This document shows, one piece after another, positions 1 to 10,602 of a stretch of DNA of 64,000 nt (positions within the stretch are counted from its first letter, which is position 1; each line of letters opens with the position of its first letter). Location of the stretch: positions 992,001-1,056,000 of the forward strand of contig CAWCAG010000009.1 in assembly GCA_963793425.1 (NCBI GenBank), written 5' to 3'. The position numbers were made by a program, and so were the translations under genes. Origin of the DNA: an uncultured cyanobacterium. Lineage in GTDB: Bacteria > Cyanobacteriota > Cyanobacteriia > Cyanobacteriales > CAWCAG01. The notes under the pieces are model-generated. The model was not told the origin of the DNA, made no database searches, and saw nothing but the letters and a program-made list of their open reading frames with translations.

Positions 1-1144
1 TCTTAATCAACAATCTGGTTTTTCTCTTCTGTTTTCTCCTCAAAAACCCAGTTTAGAACTATTATCTGGATATACAGCCATTGCTAGTCCGGTGACTGAA
101 GAAAAAGGACAAAAGTGGATTGTTTTAGACGTTACTCCCGTAGAAGAAGCCCTTGCCGGACTAAAAGATGTACGCCTTGTTCTTTTAATTATGACCTGTA
201 CCTTAATTGCTGGGGTTGTGGTCGCCACTTTGTATATTTCCCGTGACCTTGCCAAACCTTTAGAAAAGCTTAGCGACACAACCTTTCATAAAGATAATTG
301 GCAAGGAGAAAACCTGGTCATTTCTGATTTTAAAATTAAAGAATACAATCAGTTAGCAGCCATCCTTAATGAGAGAGAAATCAAGTTAAAAACTTGGGGG
401 CAAGAGTTGGAAATTGCTTGGAAAAATGCTGAAGCTGCTGACAGAATCAAAAATGAGTTTCTGATGACTATTTCCCATGAATTAAGAACACCTCTGAATG
501 GTATTATCGGTTCTTTAAATTTGATAATGGAAGGTTTTTGTGATGATCACGAAGAAGAAACAGAGTTTCTACAAGAAGCTAATAGTTCAGCAGTACGTTT
601 ATTAAGTATTATCAGTAATATTTTAGAAATTGCTAGTATGGAAAAAGGTGAACTAACTGTAGATTTAGCCAAAGTTAGCTTAAATAGTATTCTAAATAGA
701 GTAATAGTTGAGCATTTACCAAAAATCAATCATAAGGGAATTAAAATTAATTATCCTCAACTTAAAGAAGAGCTTTCTATTCAAGCTGATCCAATTAAAC
801 TAAAAAAAGTATTTGATCATATCATTGATAATGCCATTAAATTCACTTCTAGGGGTAGTATAGCTATTAGGGTCTTAAGTGATTTTGTTGACGATCAATC
901 TAAGCATAAAGTAATTGTTACTATCAAAGACACAGGAATTGGTATTGATATTGATAGCCAGAGCAAGCTTTTTCAACCTTTTATAATGGTAGATGGCACT
1001 ACTACTCGCCAATATGGTGGCGTAGGGCTTGGTTTAGCTATTTCCCGTAATTTAGTAGAATCAATGGGGGGGGAAATTCAAATTTCTAGTTCTGGTAGAG
1101 GTAAAGGAGTAACTGTAGAAATTCATCTTCCCTTGGCAACATAA
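1..1144 (+). CDS. Sensor histidine kinase (HisKA + HATPase), 5'-truncated by window edge
   Basis: Frame is open from nt 2. TM segment, H-box ISHELRTPLN, N-box DNAIKFT, G-boxes DTGIGI and GGVGLGL. Confidence 0.9.
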   Translation, partial: LNQQSGFSLLFSPQKPSLELLSGYTAIASPVTEEKGQKWIVLDVTPVEEALAGLKDVRLVLLIMTCTLIAGVVVATLYISRDLAKPLEKLSDTTFHKDNWQGENLVISDFKIKEYNQLAAILNEREIKLKTWGQELEIAWKNAEAADRIKNEFLMTISHELRTPLNGIIGSLNLIMEGFCDDHEEETEFLQEANSSAVRLLSIISNILEIASMEKGELTVDLAKVSLNSILNRVIVEHLPKINHKGIKINYPQLKEELSIQADPIKLKKVFDHIIDNAIKFTSRGSIAIRVLSDFVDDQSKHKVIVTIKDTGIGIDIDSQSKLFQPFIMVDGTTTRQYGGVGLGLAISRNLVESMGGEIQISSSGRGKGVTVEIHLPLAT

Positions 1145-1172
1145 TTGAATTCATCTCAAAATAGATTAATCT

Positions 1173-1673
1173 ATGTTAACCAAACATACTTTACATTTAA
1201 AACCTAATCGGGCTTTAACTTTACGAAACATTGAATCAGAAGATGAAGCTTTTCTTTACCAAGTTTATGCTAGTACTCGCCAAGAAGAACTAGCCCTAGT
1301 AGATTGGGATGATTCTCAAAAAGAATCTTTTTTGAAAATGCAGTTCAACGCTCAACATAAGTATTATCAAGAAAATTATTCTCAAGCACAATTTCTAATT
1401 GTTTTGTTAGACGAAAAAGCTATCGGTCGCCTTTATATTAATTATCACAAAGATGAAATTCGCCTCATGGATATTGCCTTATTACCTTCTTTTCGCAATC
1501 AAGGAATCGGTACTATTTTCCTAAAGAAAATAATTACAGAAGGACAGCAACTTGGTTTACCGATACGCCTTCATGTTGAAGCTTATAACCGAGCCTTACA
1601 ACTTTACCAGCACCTTGGATTTCAATCTTTAGGAGAAAAGGGAGTTTATTATTTAATGGAACGACTTCCTTAA
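1173..1673 (+). CDS. GNAT family N-acetyltransferase (type usually found in tail-collar gene clusters)
   Basis: Acetyl-CoA motif RNQGIGT; LYQVYASTRQEEL...FLKMQFNAQH signature. Confidence 0.85.
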   Translation: MLTKHTLHLKPNRALTLRNIESEDEAFLYQVYASTRQEELALVDWDDSQKESFLKMQFNAQHKYYQENYSQAQFLIVLLDEKAIGRLYINYHKDEIRLMDIALLPSFRNQGIGTIFLKKIITEGQQLGLPIRLHVEAYNRALQLYQHLGFQSLGEKGVYYLMERLP

Positions 1674-1703
1674 TATTTAATATTTAATGACAAATGATAA
1701 AAC

Positions 1704-2921
1704 ATGGATATTTTTGAAAGCCTAAAAATGGCTAGTACTACCTTAGTAGCCAACAAATTGCGTAGTAGCTTAACAATGCTGGGAATTATCATTGGTAATG
1801 CTTCAGTAATCTCTATGGTTGGCATCGGTCAAGGAGCGCAGAAACTAGCTTCAGAACAGTTTGAATCTCTTGGTCCCAACGTTTTATTTATTGTTCCTGG
1901 CTCTAGAGAAGCGCGCCAAACCACCTTTGATTTGCCCAAAACTTTAGTATTAGAAGATGCTGAAGCTATTGCTTCTCAAGCCAGAGCTATTGATGAAGTT
2001 TCGCCCCAAATTAATGCTAGAGCGGTAGCAACTTACCAGGCTAATAATAAAGATACTCTAGTTTTAGGAGTAACTCCGGAATTTTTAACAGTGAGGAGTT
2101 TCGAGGTTGCTCAAGGTAGATTTATTAGTGATTTAGATGTCACTGGAAATAAACGGGTTGTGGTGTTGGGTACAGAAATAGCTGAAAGATTTTTTGGCAG
2201 AGAAAACCCTTTGGGAAAACAGTTAAGAGTTAAAAATATTAGTTTAGAAATTATTGGAGTAATGAAAGCTAAAGGCTCTTTTTTTGGTACTAATCAAGAT
2301 GACAGCGTGTTTATTCCTCTAACCACAGTAGCTAACCAAATTGTCGGTAAAACTTCTCCCTATGGTACAGAAGTTAGTGTGATTTCTATTGCTGCCCGTA
2401 ACGAAGAAAGTATTAGTGCTGCCAAATTTCAAATCACCAACTTGTTACGCCAACGCCATAAAATTACTGGAGAAGATGATTTTGGTATTCAAACCCAAAA
2501 AGATATTTTACAAATTGCTGGCACAATTACCGGAGCCTTAACTTTATTATTAGCTGCGATCGCCGGAATTTCTTTATTAGTTGGGGGCATTGGTGTAATG
2601 AATATTATGCTCGTTTCTGTAACTGAACGTACCCAAGAAATTGGTTTACGCAAAGCCCTTGGCGCACAGCAAAAAGACATTTTAATTCAATTTTTGATTG
2701 AAGCAGTAATTCTCTCTGCTGCTGGAGGAGTAATTGGTACTTTAATCGGTGTTGGTGGTGTCGTTTTGATTGGTGCGGTTACTCCTTTGCAAGCAGGCAT
2801 TTCTCCAGTCGCCATAACCATGGCAGTAGGAGTTTCAGGAGGCATTGGCTTATTTTTCGGTGTTGTCCCTGCACAGCAAGCAGCAAAACTTGATCCCATT
2901 GTTGCTTTGAGGAGTGCTTGA
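1704..2921 (+). CDS. MacB/FtsX-family ABC transporter permease
   Basis: LRSSLTMLGIIIG; GGIGVMNIMLVSVTERTQEIGLRKALGA; C-terminal DPIVALR. Confidence 0.93.
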   Translation: MDIFESLKMASTTLVANKLRSSLTMLGIIIGNASVISMVGIGQGAQKLASEQFESLGPNVLFIVPGSREARQTTFDLPKTLVLEDAEAIASQARAIDEVSPQINARAVATYQANNKDTLVLGVTPEFLTVRSFEVAQGRFISDLDVTGNKRVVVLGTEIAERFFGRENPLGKQLRVKNISLEIIGVMKAKGSFFGTNQDDSVFIPLTTVANQIVGKTSPYGTEVSVISIAARNEESISAAKFQITNLLRQRHKITGEDDFGIQTQKDILQIAGTITGALTLLLAAIAGISLLVGGIGVMNIMLVSVTERTQEIGLRKALGAQQKDILIQFLIEAVILSAAGGVIGTLIGVGGVVLIGAVTPLQAGISPVAITMAVGVSGGIGLFFGVVPAQQAAKLDPIVALRSA

Positions 2922-3010
2922 GTTTATAAGTGGATGCTTGCTATAAATTGCTTATTTCAACGGGGCAAATATAAAGAAAATATAAAGATAATTAAAAAAT
3001 CGCAATTTTT

Positions 3011-3041
3011 GTATCCAATGTTACAGAAAAATGAGTATACT
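3011..3041 (+). promoter_or_regulatory. NtcA box (GTA-N8-TAC) in a repressing position, plus -10 element of gifA
   Basis: GTATCCAATGTTAC at 3011-3024; TATACT at 3036-3041, only 11 nt downstream; gifA is a known NtcA-repressed gene. Confidence 0.75.
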
Positions 3042-3102
3042 TTAAAAGCGAGAGCAAGACGGCTCTTCACTACTAAGTTAAGCAATCACAAGGATTTGTT
3101 CT

Positions 3103-3303
3103 ATGTCTACCCAAAAACAAGCTCGCGCCATCATTATTCGTCACAACCAACTGATTAGGAATCGCCAGCAATCTCTCTTAGGGCGTGCTGCTGCGGACAT
3201 CGGTATGGATGTTGATAGCGCTCACTACAATGATCACATCCAAGGCAAAATCCGTCCTAGCTCCAGGGATAGTTATGCTCGTAGTAATGTATCTTTAAGT
3301 TAA
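3103..3303 (+). CDS. gifA: Glutamine synthetase inactivating factor IF7
   Basis: MSTQKQARAIIIRHNQLIRNRQQSLLGRAAADIG matches the IF7 pattern; upstream NtcA box. Confidence 0.88.
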   Translation: MSTQKQARAIIIRHNQLIRNRQQSLLGRAAADIGMDVDSAHYNDHIQGKIRPSSRDSYARSNVSLS

Positions 3304-3369
3304 CAGTTGAAGCAGATTATAGAGTTGGTGAAACTTGATTAAACAGTTAAATAGTTAGTGAAATCCTTG

Positions 3370-3402
3370 TAGGGTGCTTTTTTCATCTCGAAAAGCACCC
3401 TA
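3370..3402 (+). terminator. Hairpin after gifA
   Basis: TAGGGTGCTTTT...AAAAGCACCCTA, perfect 12-bp inverted repeat. Confidence 0.6.
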
Positions 3403-3443
3403 ATTAATGTTTTTAAACTTATTACTTCTCACTTATTACCTAA

Positions 3444-4772
3444 ATGCCCACTTCCCGCCAACTAGCCTTAACTGCCCTAGGAGATATTGAACGCGGAGGG
3501 GCTTATACTGATATTGCCTTAGATAGAGTATTAAGTGCAACAGAACTAAGCAGTGCTGACCGCAGACTAGTTACGGAGTTGGTTTATGGTATAGTTCGCA
3601 GAAGACGAACTCTTGATGCAATTATTGACCAACTAGGCAAGAAAAAAGCAGAGCAACAACCCCCCAAATTACGCCTCATTCTACATTTAGGGTTGTATCA
3701 GCTACGCTACCTTGATCATATTCCTGAGTCTGCTGCGGTTAATACAAGTGTAGAACTTGCCAAAGAAAATGGCTTGAAAAAACTAACTGGGGTGGTTAAT
3801 GGTGTATTGCGTCAATATATACGTTTAGCAGCCCAAACAGCCGATCCTTTACAATTACCAAAAGATCCTCTCAAACGTTTAGGAATCTTACATAGCTTTC
3901 CAGATTGGATAGTGCAGCTATGGCGATTTCAGCTTAGCTTAGCAGAAACAGAGGAATTGTGTATTTGGTTTAACCAGCCCCCGACCATTGATTTACGAGT
4001 TAATATCCTACGAACATCTATAGAAGAGGTGGAGTTAGCTTTAAAAGCAAATAATCTGGCTATTACTCGTTTAGCTAGTTTACCCCAAGCTTTGAGGATA
4101 ACCGGGGGGACAGGTTCAGTGCAGAAACTGTCTGGCTTTAAGGAAGGTTGGTGGACAGTGCAAGATAGTAGCGCTCAACTAGTATCCCATATCCTCGCTC
4201 CTCAACCAGGAGAAACTATCATTGATGCCTGTGCTGCACCAGGGGGAAAAACCACTCATATTGCTGAATTAATGGCAGATCAAGGTAAGATTTGGGCTTG
4301 CGATCGCGCTGTTAAACGCTTGAAAAAAGTAACAGAAAATACTCAACGCCTAAGACTAAATTCAATTTCCCTTTGCCCTGGAGATAGTCGTAGTTTTGAG
4401 CAATTTGAGCAAGTTGCCGACAGGGTTTTAGTTGATGCCCCTTGTTCAGGATTAGGAACACTCCACCGTCGCCCTGATCTGCGTTGGCGACAAACTCCTC
4501 AAAAAGTTCAAGACTTAACTCTACTACAAGGGCAAATTCTTGAGGGAGCAGCAAAATGGGTTAAGCCAGGGGGTATTCTAGTTTATGCTACTTGTACGTT
4601 GAATAGTTCAGAAAATGAGGCCGTCATCGACTCTTTTTTATCCTCTCATCCTAATTGGGAAATTGAGCCACCAGCCAATAATTTTCTAGCTACTCCTAGA
4701 GGTTGGCTTAAAATCTGGCCCCATCGCCAGGAACAAGACGGCTTTTTTATGGTTAAGTTAAGACAAGGATGA
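3444..4772 (+). CDS. rsmB: 16S rRNA m5C967 methyltransferase RsmB/Sun
   Basis: NusB-like N-terminus; IDACAAPGGKT, VDAPCSGLG and YATCT motifs. Confidence 0.95.
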   Translation: MPTSRQLALTALGDIERGGAYTDIALDRVLSATELSSADRRLVTELVYGIVRRRRTLDAIIDQLGKKKAEQQPPKLRLILHLGLYQLRYLDHIPESAAVNTSVELAKENGLKKLTGVVNGVLRQYIRLAAQTADPLQLPKDPLKRLGILHSFPDWIVQLWRFQLSLAETEELCIWFNQPPTIDLRVNILRTSIEEVELALKANNLAITRLASLPQALRITGGTGSVQKLSGFKEGWWTVQDSSAQLVSHILAPQPGETIIDACAAPGGKTTHIAELMADQGKIWACDRAVKRLKKVTENTQRLRLNSISLCPGDSRSFEQFEQVADRVLVDAPCSGLGTLHRRPDLRWRQTPQKVQDLTLLQGQILEGAAKWVKPGGILVYATCTLNSSENEAVIDSFLSSHPNWEIEPPANNFLATPRGWLKIWPHRQEQDGFFMVKLRQG

Positions 4773-5200
4773 TCAAAATGAGCAAAAATGCTAAAACTAA
4801 ACAACTGTTAAAAATCCTGATTGGTGCGGCTTGGATAGACGGCACAATTCAAGCAGAGGAAAGAGAATATTTACACCAGATGGCAACAGAAAAGGGAGTT
4901 GCTGAAGATCCTCAAATTAAACCTTTACTTTCAGAAATCAAACAAGTTAAACCCTCTGAATGCTATAGCTGGCTAAAAGAATATTTAGGGAATAATCCTA
5001 CTGAAGAAGACTATCAACAGCTTTTTGAGTCCTTAAGCGCCTTAATTTATAGTGACGGGGATGTAGATACCGAAGAAGCGAAACTACTAAATCGTTTGCA
5101 ATTACTCGAAGCAGAAAACAAATCTCCTAAATCTGGCGTTGATAAGTTTCTTCGTGCTGTACAAAAGCTTTATCGTAAAGCGGTTGTCAATGACCAATGA
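4769..5200 (+). CDS. TerB-family protein
   Basis: AAWIDGTIQAEERE and LIYSDGDVDTEE motifs; overlaps the rsmB stop (alternative start 4778). Confidence 0.75.
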   Translation: MIKMSKNAKTKQLLKILIGAAWIDGTIQAEEREYLHQMATEKGVAEDPQIKPLLSEIKQVKPSECYSWLKEYLGNNPTEEDYQQLFESLSALIYSDGDVDTEEAKLLNRLQLLEAENKSPKSGVDKFLRAVQKLYRKAVVNDQ

Positions 5201-5464
5201 TCAGAATTGCTATAGCAATGATGTTTACTATAACGGCAAGTTGTATAGTTGTTAGTGATCAATCTTTAATAGCAACAAAATACTTAAAAAAAACGTCATT
5301 GTATTTACGCAGACAGAAACTTGTTGTTTATAAATATCGTCAAATATAGGCTTTAATTCGCTTAATTTGGCATAATAGTAGTTTTGGCTATTATTAGGAA
5401 CTTAAGACTACATCTAATGTCTAATTACTTAACTAAATAACATATAACTAGGAGAACGCACTCA

Positions 5465-6718
5465 ATGTCCAAAATAAATCGTTGGAAAACTACTACCACT
5501 TTAATGCTAAGCATCGGTATGGGGGCAGCAACCCTTGCACCAGTGGTTGCACCTTTAGTATTATCTGCCCCTGCTGTAGCCCAAGCTACTAGCTTCCCTG
5601 ATGTCCCACAAGGTTATTGGGCGAAACAATACATTGAAGAGTTAACACAGCGAAACATTATCAGTGGTTTCCCAGATGGTACTTTTAAACCAGATGCTCC
5701 TGTTACCCGCGCTCAATTTTCTAGCTTGATTTCTGGAGCTTTCAGCAAAAGCGAAACCCGTAGCAGTATCAATTTTGTTGATGTTAGCTCTAATTACTGG
5801 GCTAGATCCTCCATTGATAAGTCCTACAAAACAGGTTTCTTATCTGGTTATCCTGGTAACATTTTCCGACCAGAACAGAACATTCCCCGCGAGCAAGTAA
5901 TTGTTTCTTTAGCCAGTGGCTTGAATTATACAACAGGGGCTGTGGATAGTACCCTCAACTATTACAACGATGCTACCAGCATTTCTAGCTGGGCGCGTTC
6001 TCCCATTGCGGCTGCAACTCAACGCAGCATGGTTGTTAATTACCCAACCGTGAAGAATCTCAATCCTTCTCGCAATGCTACTAGGGCAGAAGTAGCAGCA
6101 TTTATCTACCAAGCTTTGGTTAATCAAGGACAAGCTTCAGCAATTAGTTCTCCTTATGTCGTTAACCAAGCCCCTGTAGCTAGTAGCTTTACCATTCCTG
6201 CTGGTTCAGTCATGCCTGTTTCTTATGATAAGGAGAAAATTCTCCTCACCAAAGATGAGACAGTTCCTGTTACTTTAATGGTGAAAGCTAACATTGTTAA
6301 CTCAAATCAGAGGATTTTGATTCCTGCGGGAACTAAAGTTGAAGGTAAGCTACAACCTACCGCATCTGGTGGGACTCAGTTTATGGCCGAAAAACTCATT
6401 TATGCTAACGGTACAAGCCAAAACGTTTCTGCTACTTCTCAGGTAATAACCGAAACCGAAACTATCCGCAAAGGAGTAAGTATCGGTGATTTAGCGAAGA
6501 ATGCAGGCATCGGTACAGCAGCAGCCGCCGCGATTTCTGCTATTACTGGTGATCGGGCGATCGCGACAGAAGAACTCTTACTTGGTGCTGGTTTAGGCGC
6601 TTTAGTAGAGTTGATTCCTACCTTCTTAGGCTTAAATAAGGTGGATCTTTTAGTGGTTAATCCTAATACTGACCTCAACTTGACTTTAACTAATGATTTG
6701 GTAGTTTCTGCTCAGTAA
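5465..6718 (+). CDS. S-layer homology (SLH) domain protein
   Basis: Signal peptide; three SLH repeats (FPDVPQGYWA...GFPDGTFKPDAPVTRAQ); glycine-zipper-like C-terminus; RBS AGGAG. Confidence 0.9.
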   Translation: MSKINRWKTTTTLMLSIGMGAATLAPVVAPLVLSAPAVAQATSFPDVPQGYWAKQYIEELTQRNIISGFPDGTFKPDAPVTRAQFSSLISGAFSKSETRSSINFVDVSSNYWARSSIDKSYKTGFLSGYPGNIFRPEQNIPREQVIVSLASGLNYTTGAVDSTLNYYNDATSISSWARSPIAAATQRSMVVNYPTVKNLNPSRNATRAEVAAFIYQALVNQGQASAISSPYVVNQAPVASSFTIPAGSVMPVSYDKEKILLTKDETVPVTLMVKANIVNSNQRILIPAGTKVEGKLQPTASGGTQFMAEKLIYANGTSQNVSATSQVITETETIRKGVSIGDLAKNAGIGTAAAAAISAITGDRAIATEELLLGAGLGALVELIPTFLGLNKVDLLVVNPNTDLNLTLTNDLVVSAQ

Positions 6719-6754
6719 AAGTTGAATTCTGTTAGTTATTTGTGAATAGGTTGA

Positions 6755-6788
6755 ATAGAGATGTTGTTAGCAATGTCTCTATTTTTTT
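6755..6788 (+). terminator. Intrinsic terminator
   Basis: AATAGAGATGTTG...CAATGTCTCTATT followed by a T-run. Confidence 0.6.
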
Positions 6789-7079
6789 GTGATTATCTGT
6801 CAAGACCCTATTACACCGTTCTTAATATAACTTCGTAAAGAGGTCAAATAAATGCTGAAGTTTAAAATATTTTAGCTTTAGTAAGGAGAAAGAAAAGTTT
6901 TGCTTATTGATGTTGATTTGTGCAAAAGTTGGACTTTTTCTCACCTTGAAGTGATATTATGTATACGGTGGAAAAGGTGCGTCCTTAAAAGTTGTTAGAT
7001 AAACCATTTTTGTTGTAATAAGCTACTACCCATTCGTCAAGATAGAGGAATAAAAAACACAGGGATAAGGAGACGATCA

Positions 7080-7943
7080 ATGAAAAATGGTACTCCATTT
7101 CCTGCTCGAATCCATGTCTTACTCGCTAGGGATAAACCTTTAGGACTCGTAATTAGACGTGGCCCCTCAAAACACGTCGCTACCATTTTGTGGGATTGTC
7201 GCCGTGATAAATTTCAACTAGGGCAATGGCTGAAAGGACTAATCTATGAACGGCGTAGTGACCTATCACCTGATGGTAAGTATTTTATCTATTTTGCTAT
7301 GAATGGGCGTTGGCAAGGTGAAGCCAAAGGCTCTTGGACAGCTATTTCCCGCACTCCTTATTTAACTGCATTAGCTATTTTTCCGAAAGGCGATTGCTAT
7401 AATGGCGGGGGCTTGTGGACGAGCAGAAATACGTATTGGCTCAATAACGGCTACGGTCATTCTGTACTAAGAGATACTCAAAAAGTTTCTCGTGACAAAA
7501 AGTTTCAGCCTTCAGAGTATTTTGATGCCGGAGACTATTGGTTTTATGAAGGCTTAGGGATTTATTACCCGCGTTTAATTAGATATGGTTGGGAGTTTGT
7601 AGAAAAGATTAAAGTTGGTAAGTGGGAAGCTAGATACATCTTTGAAAAAACCTTTGGTGATGGCTGGCTGCTTCGCAAAATTGCCCATGCCGAATAAAGT
7701 AATCCTCCTGAAGGCAAGAGTTCTGATTGGGATGAACACGAGTTGATTCATGCCCAAACTAATACTCACATTCGCTGCCCTAATTGGGAATGGGCGGATA
7801 TTGAACGTCGGCGTTTAGTCTGGGCAACCGAAGGCAAATTATTCCGAGGAAAAGTTACTCCTCAAGGAACATTTACACAGAGGAGTATTTTTGATTTCAA
7901 TCCTATGACTTTCGAGGCGATTAAAGAACCCCATAGATATTAA
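7080..7943 (+). pseudogene. Hypothetical beta-rich protein interrupted by an in-frame TAA
   Basis: ORFs 7080-7697 and 7743-7943 share a frame and are separated only by TAA at 7695-7697; the reading continues SNPPEGKSSDWDEHEL. Confidence 0.7.
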
Positions 7944-8000
7944 TTGCTCAGAAATTTCGGTTACGAATAATGGGTAAACTAAGACATATAACTGAAGGGA

Positions 8001-8061
8001 AGGGCGACCCAATTAAAACTTTGGCTGATCAAAAAGTTCACTGAAAACGGGTCGCCCCTAC
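8001..8061. repeat. REP-like inverted repeat
   Basis: GGGCGACCC...GGGTCGCCCCTAC, followed by ACTGATAACTG repeats. Confidence 0.5.
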
Positions 8062-8088
8062 ACTGATAACTGTTTACTGATAACTGAA

Positions 8089-8979
8089 ATGACCTTACCC
8101 AACTTTCTCATTATCGGCGTTCAAAAAGCGGGTACTACTTCTATTTATAACTACTTAGATGAGCATCCGCAGATTTATATGAGTCCTGTTAAGGAAACAA
8201 ATTTTCTCGAAGCTGATTGGGAAAAAGAGCCGGAAAAGCTGGCCAAGAAATCGAGCAAAAGTATTACAGATATTGAGACATATCGCCAGTTATTTGCTGG
8301 GGTTCAAGATGAAATTGCTATTGGTGAAGCCTCCCCTAACTATCTATTTCATTATCAAACAGCTACTAAGGCGATTCAACGCTATATGCCTGATGCTAAA
8401 CTCATCGCTATACTGCGAAATCCTACCGAAAGAGCTTATTCTGATTACTTAATGCACATTCGCGATGCTATTGAAGAGCCAGAATCACTATCAGAAATAA
8501 TTGCTCATCGGGCTGAATCTGCTTACTTTTTCCGGAAAGGTTTTTACTATGAACAAATCAAATACTTTTTTGATAAATTTGGTCGCCAACAAGTTAAGGT
8601 TTATCTTTATGATGACTTGTGTAAGAATCCAGTAAAATTGATGCAAGATATGTATAGTTTCATCGGGGTAGATGATAACTTTGTTCCTGATACTGGCAAG
8701 AAGGCACAAAAAGCTCAAGTGCCGAAAAATCAAGGAATCAATAACTTACTGAAGACCAAAAACCCTCTCAGAAATTTGGCTGCTTCTACTTTAAAAACAT
8801 TCTTGCCCCTGGAAACAAGGCAGAAGATTCGGGATGGTATTATTAATCTTAATTCTCAAGGTAAAAAGGCTTTACCTCTACAACCAGAAGATCGAACAAA
8901 ATTGGTAGAAATGTTTCGTGAAGATGTACTTAAATTACAAGATTTACTCGGAAAAGATTTATCGGGTTGGTTGAAGTAA
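8089..8979 (+). CDS. Sulfotransferase
   Basis: PAPS-binding motifs PNFLIIGVQKAGTTS and LRNPTERAYS. Confidence 0.92.
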   Translation: MTLPNFLIIGVQKAGTTSIYNYLDEHPQIYMSPVKETNFLEADWEKEPEKLAKKSSKSITDIETYRQLFAGVQDEIAIGEASPNYLFHYQTATKAIQRYMPDAKLIAILRNPTERAYSDYLMHIRDAIEEPESLSEIIAHRAESAYFFRKGFYYEQIKYFFDKFGRQQVKVYLYDDLCKNPVKLMQDMYSFIGVDDNFVPDTGKKAQKAQVPKNQGINNLLKTKNPLRNLAASTLKTFLPLETRQKIRDGIINLNSQGKKALPLQPEDRTKLVEMFREDVLKLQDLLGKDLSGWLK

Positions 8980-9162
8980 ATAGCCTTCTTTCTACAAATA
9001 AAAGCTTTAAACTAAACTTTTCTTTAAGCATCGTAGTAAACGAAATCTGGTATGAATTAAGCTAAGACGCATTTAAGCTGGGATTTTTGGCATTAACCAA
9101 ATTTCTCCCGATGTCTTTTTTATGAACTACTTTGTCGCTCTCAGTAATTTAATCACTAAAAA

Positions 9163-9759
9163 ATGGTGTACACTCCTCCCTTAGCAAGATTGATTGAACA
9201 ACTACAGAAACTACCTGGAGTAGGGCCTAAAACTGCTCAAAGATTAGCACTTCATATTATTAAGCGTCCTGAACAAGATGTTAATGCCCTGGCGCAAGCT
9301 TTAGTAGAAGCGAAAAAGCAAGTAGGTTTTTGTCGAGTATGTTTCCATTTGTCAGCGGAACCAGTTTGTCATATTTGTGGTAACCAAAATCGCGATGACA
9401 ATACCATCTGTGTGGTAACAGACTCCCGCGATGTTATTGCTTTAGAAAAAACGCGAGAATATAGTGGAAAATACCATGTTTTAGGGGGGGTCATCTCTCC
9501 TATGGATGGCATCGGACTAGAACAATTAAATATACAACCTTTGGTAAAAAGGGCAAGCCAACCCCATATTCAAGAAGTAATTATGGCCATTGGCCCCAGC
9601 GTAGAAGGAGAAACCACCACCCTTTATATTGGTCAGTTATTAAAACCTTTCACCAAAGTTACCCGCATTGCTTTCGGTTTACCCATGGGGGGAGATTTAG
9701 AATATGCCGATGAAGTAACCTTAGCTAGGGCATTAGAAGGAAGAAGAGAATTAGATTGA
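9163..9759 (+). CDS. recR: Recombination mediator RecR
   Basis: HhH motif [14 protein letters not shown]4 zinc finger, Toprim domain, GGDLEYAD. Confidence 0.97.
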   Translation: MVYTPPLARLIEQLQKLPGVGPKTAQRLALHIIKRPEQDVNALAQALVEAKKQVGFCRVCFHLSAEPVCHICGNQNRDDNTICVVTDSRDVIALEKTREYSGKYHVLGGVISPMDGIGLEQLNIQPLVKRASQPHIQEVIMAIGPSVEGETTTLYIGQLLKPFTKVTRIAFGLPMGGDLEYADEVTLARALEGRRELD

Positions 9760-9841
9760 GGAAAAAAAGAAAAAGGTTTGTCTTTGGCATAATTGACTTA
9801 AAATTACGGGAACAACCGTTGCAATAATCTTAGACAAGCAA

Positions 9842-10576
9842 GTGTTAAAAGTTAAGAGTAATTGGCTTAAGCTCCAAAGTAATGATCTTGAAATTGATGC
9901 TTATTTAGCTGCACCTCAAGGAGAAGGTAGATTTCCGGGGGTAGTAGTTATTCAAGAAATCTTTGGTGTCAATGCCCATATCCGTGACGTAACTCAACGC
10001 TTAGCCCAAGAAGGATATGTGGCGATCGCCCCAGCCATTTATCAACGTCAAGCCCCCAGATTTGAGGCTGGATATACTCCAGAAGCTATCACCATCGGCA
10101 GGAAGTATAAAAACCAAACCCAAGCTTCAGAATTATTAGCAGATATTCAAGGTGCTATAAATTATTTACAAAGTTTTCCCCAAGTTAAAGGCACAAGTTT
10201 TGGTTGTGTTGGCTTTTGTTTCGGTGGTCATGTCGCCTATTTAGCTGCCACCTTACCAGAAATTGTTGCCACAGCATCCTTTTATGGGGCAGGCATCACT
10301 ACCATGACTCCAGGGGGAGGAGAAGCCACCATAACGCGAACTCCAGAGATTAAAGGAACAATTTATACCTTCTTTGGTAACGCAGATGCTAGTATTCCTC
10401 CAGAACAAGTAGAAGAAATTGAAGCCGCCCTGAAAAGACACCATATACCTCACCAAATTTTCCGCTACAGTAATGCAGATCACGGTTTCTTCTGTGACCA
10501 AAGGGCAAGCTACAATCAAGCAGCAGCTAAAGATGCTTGGCAGCAAGTATTAGATTTGTTTAGCAAAAAACTATAA
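9842..10576 (+). CDS. Dienelactone hydrolase family protein
   Basis: QEIFGVN, GFCFGG nucleophile and HGF motifs. Confidence 0.92.
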   Translation: MLKVKSNWLKLQSNDLEIDAYLAAPQGEGRFPGVVVIQEIFGVNAHIRDVTQRLAQEGYVAIAPAIYQRQAPRFEAGYTPEAITIGRKYKNQTQASELLADIQGAINYLQSFPQVKGTSFGCVGFCFGGHVAYLAATLPEIVATASFYGAGITTMTPGGGEATITRTPEIKGTIYTFFGNADASIPPEQVEEIEAALKRHHIPHQIFRYSNADHGFFCDQRASYNQAAAKDAWQQVLDLFSKKL

Positions 10577-10602
10577 AAAAACTTAAATCAGTAATTCTTA
10601 AC

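Noticed and set aside
2934..3158. 74-aa ORF
   Set aside because: It overlaps the gifA promoter and CDS in another frame and has no recognisable motif
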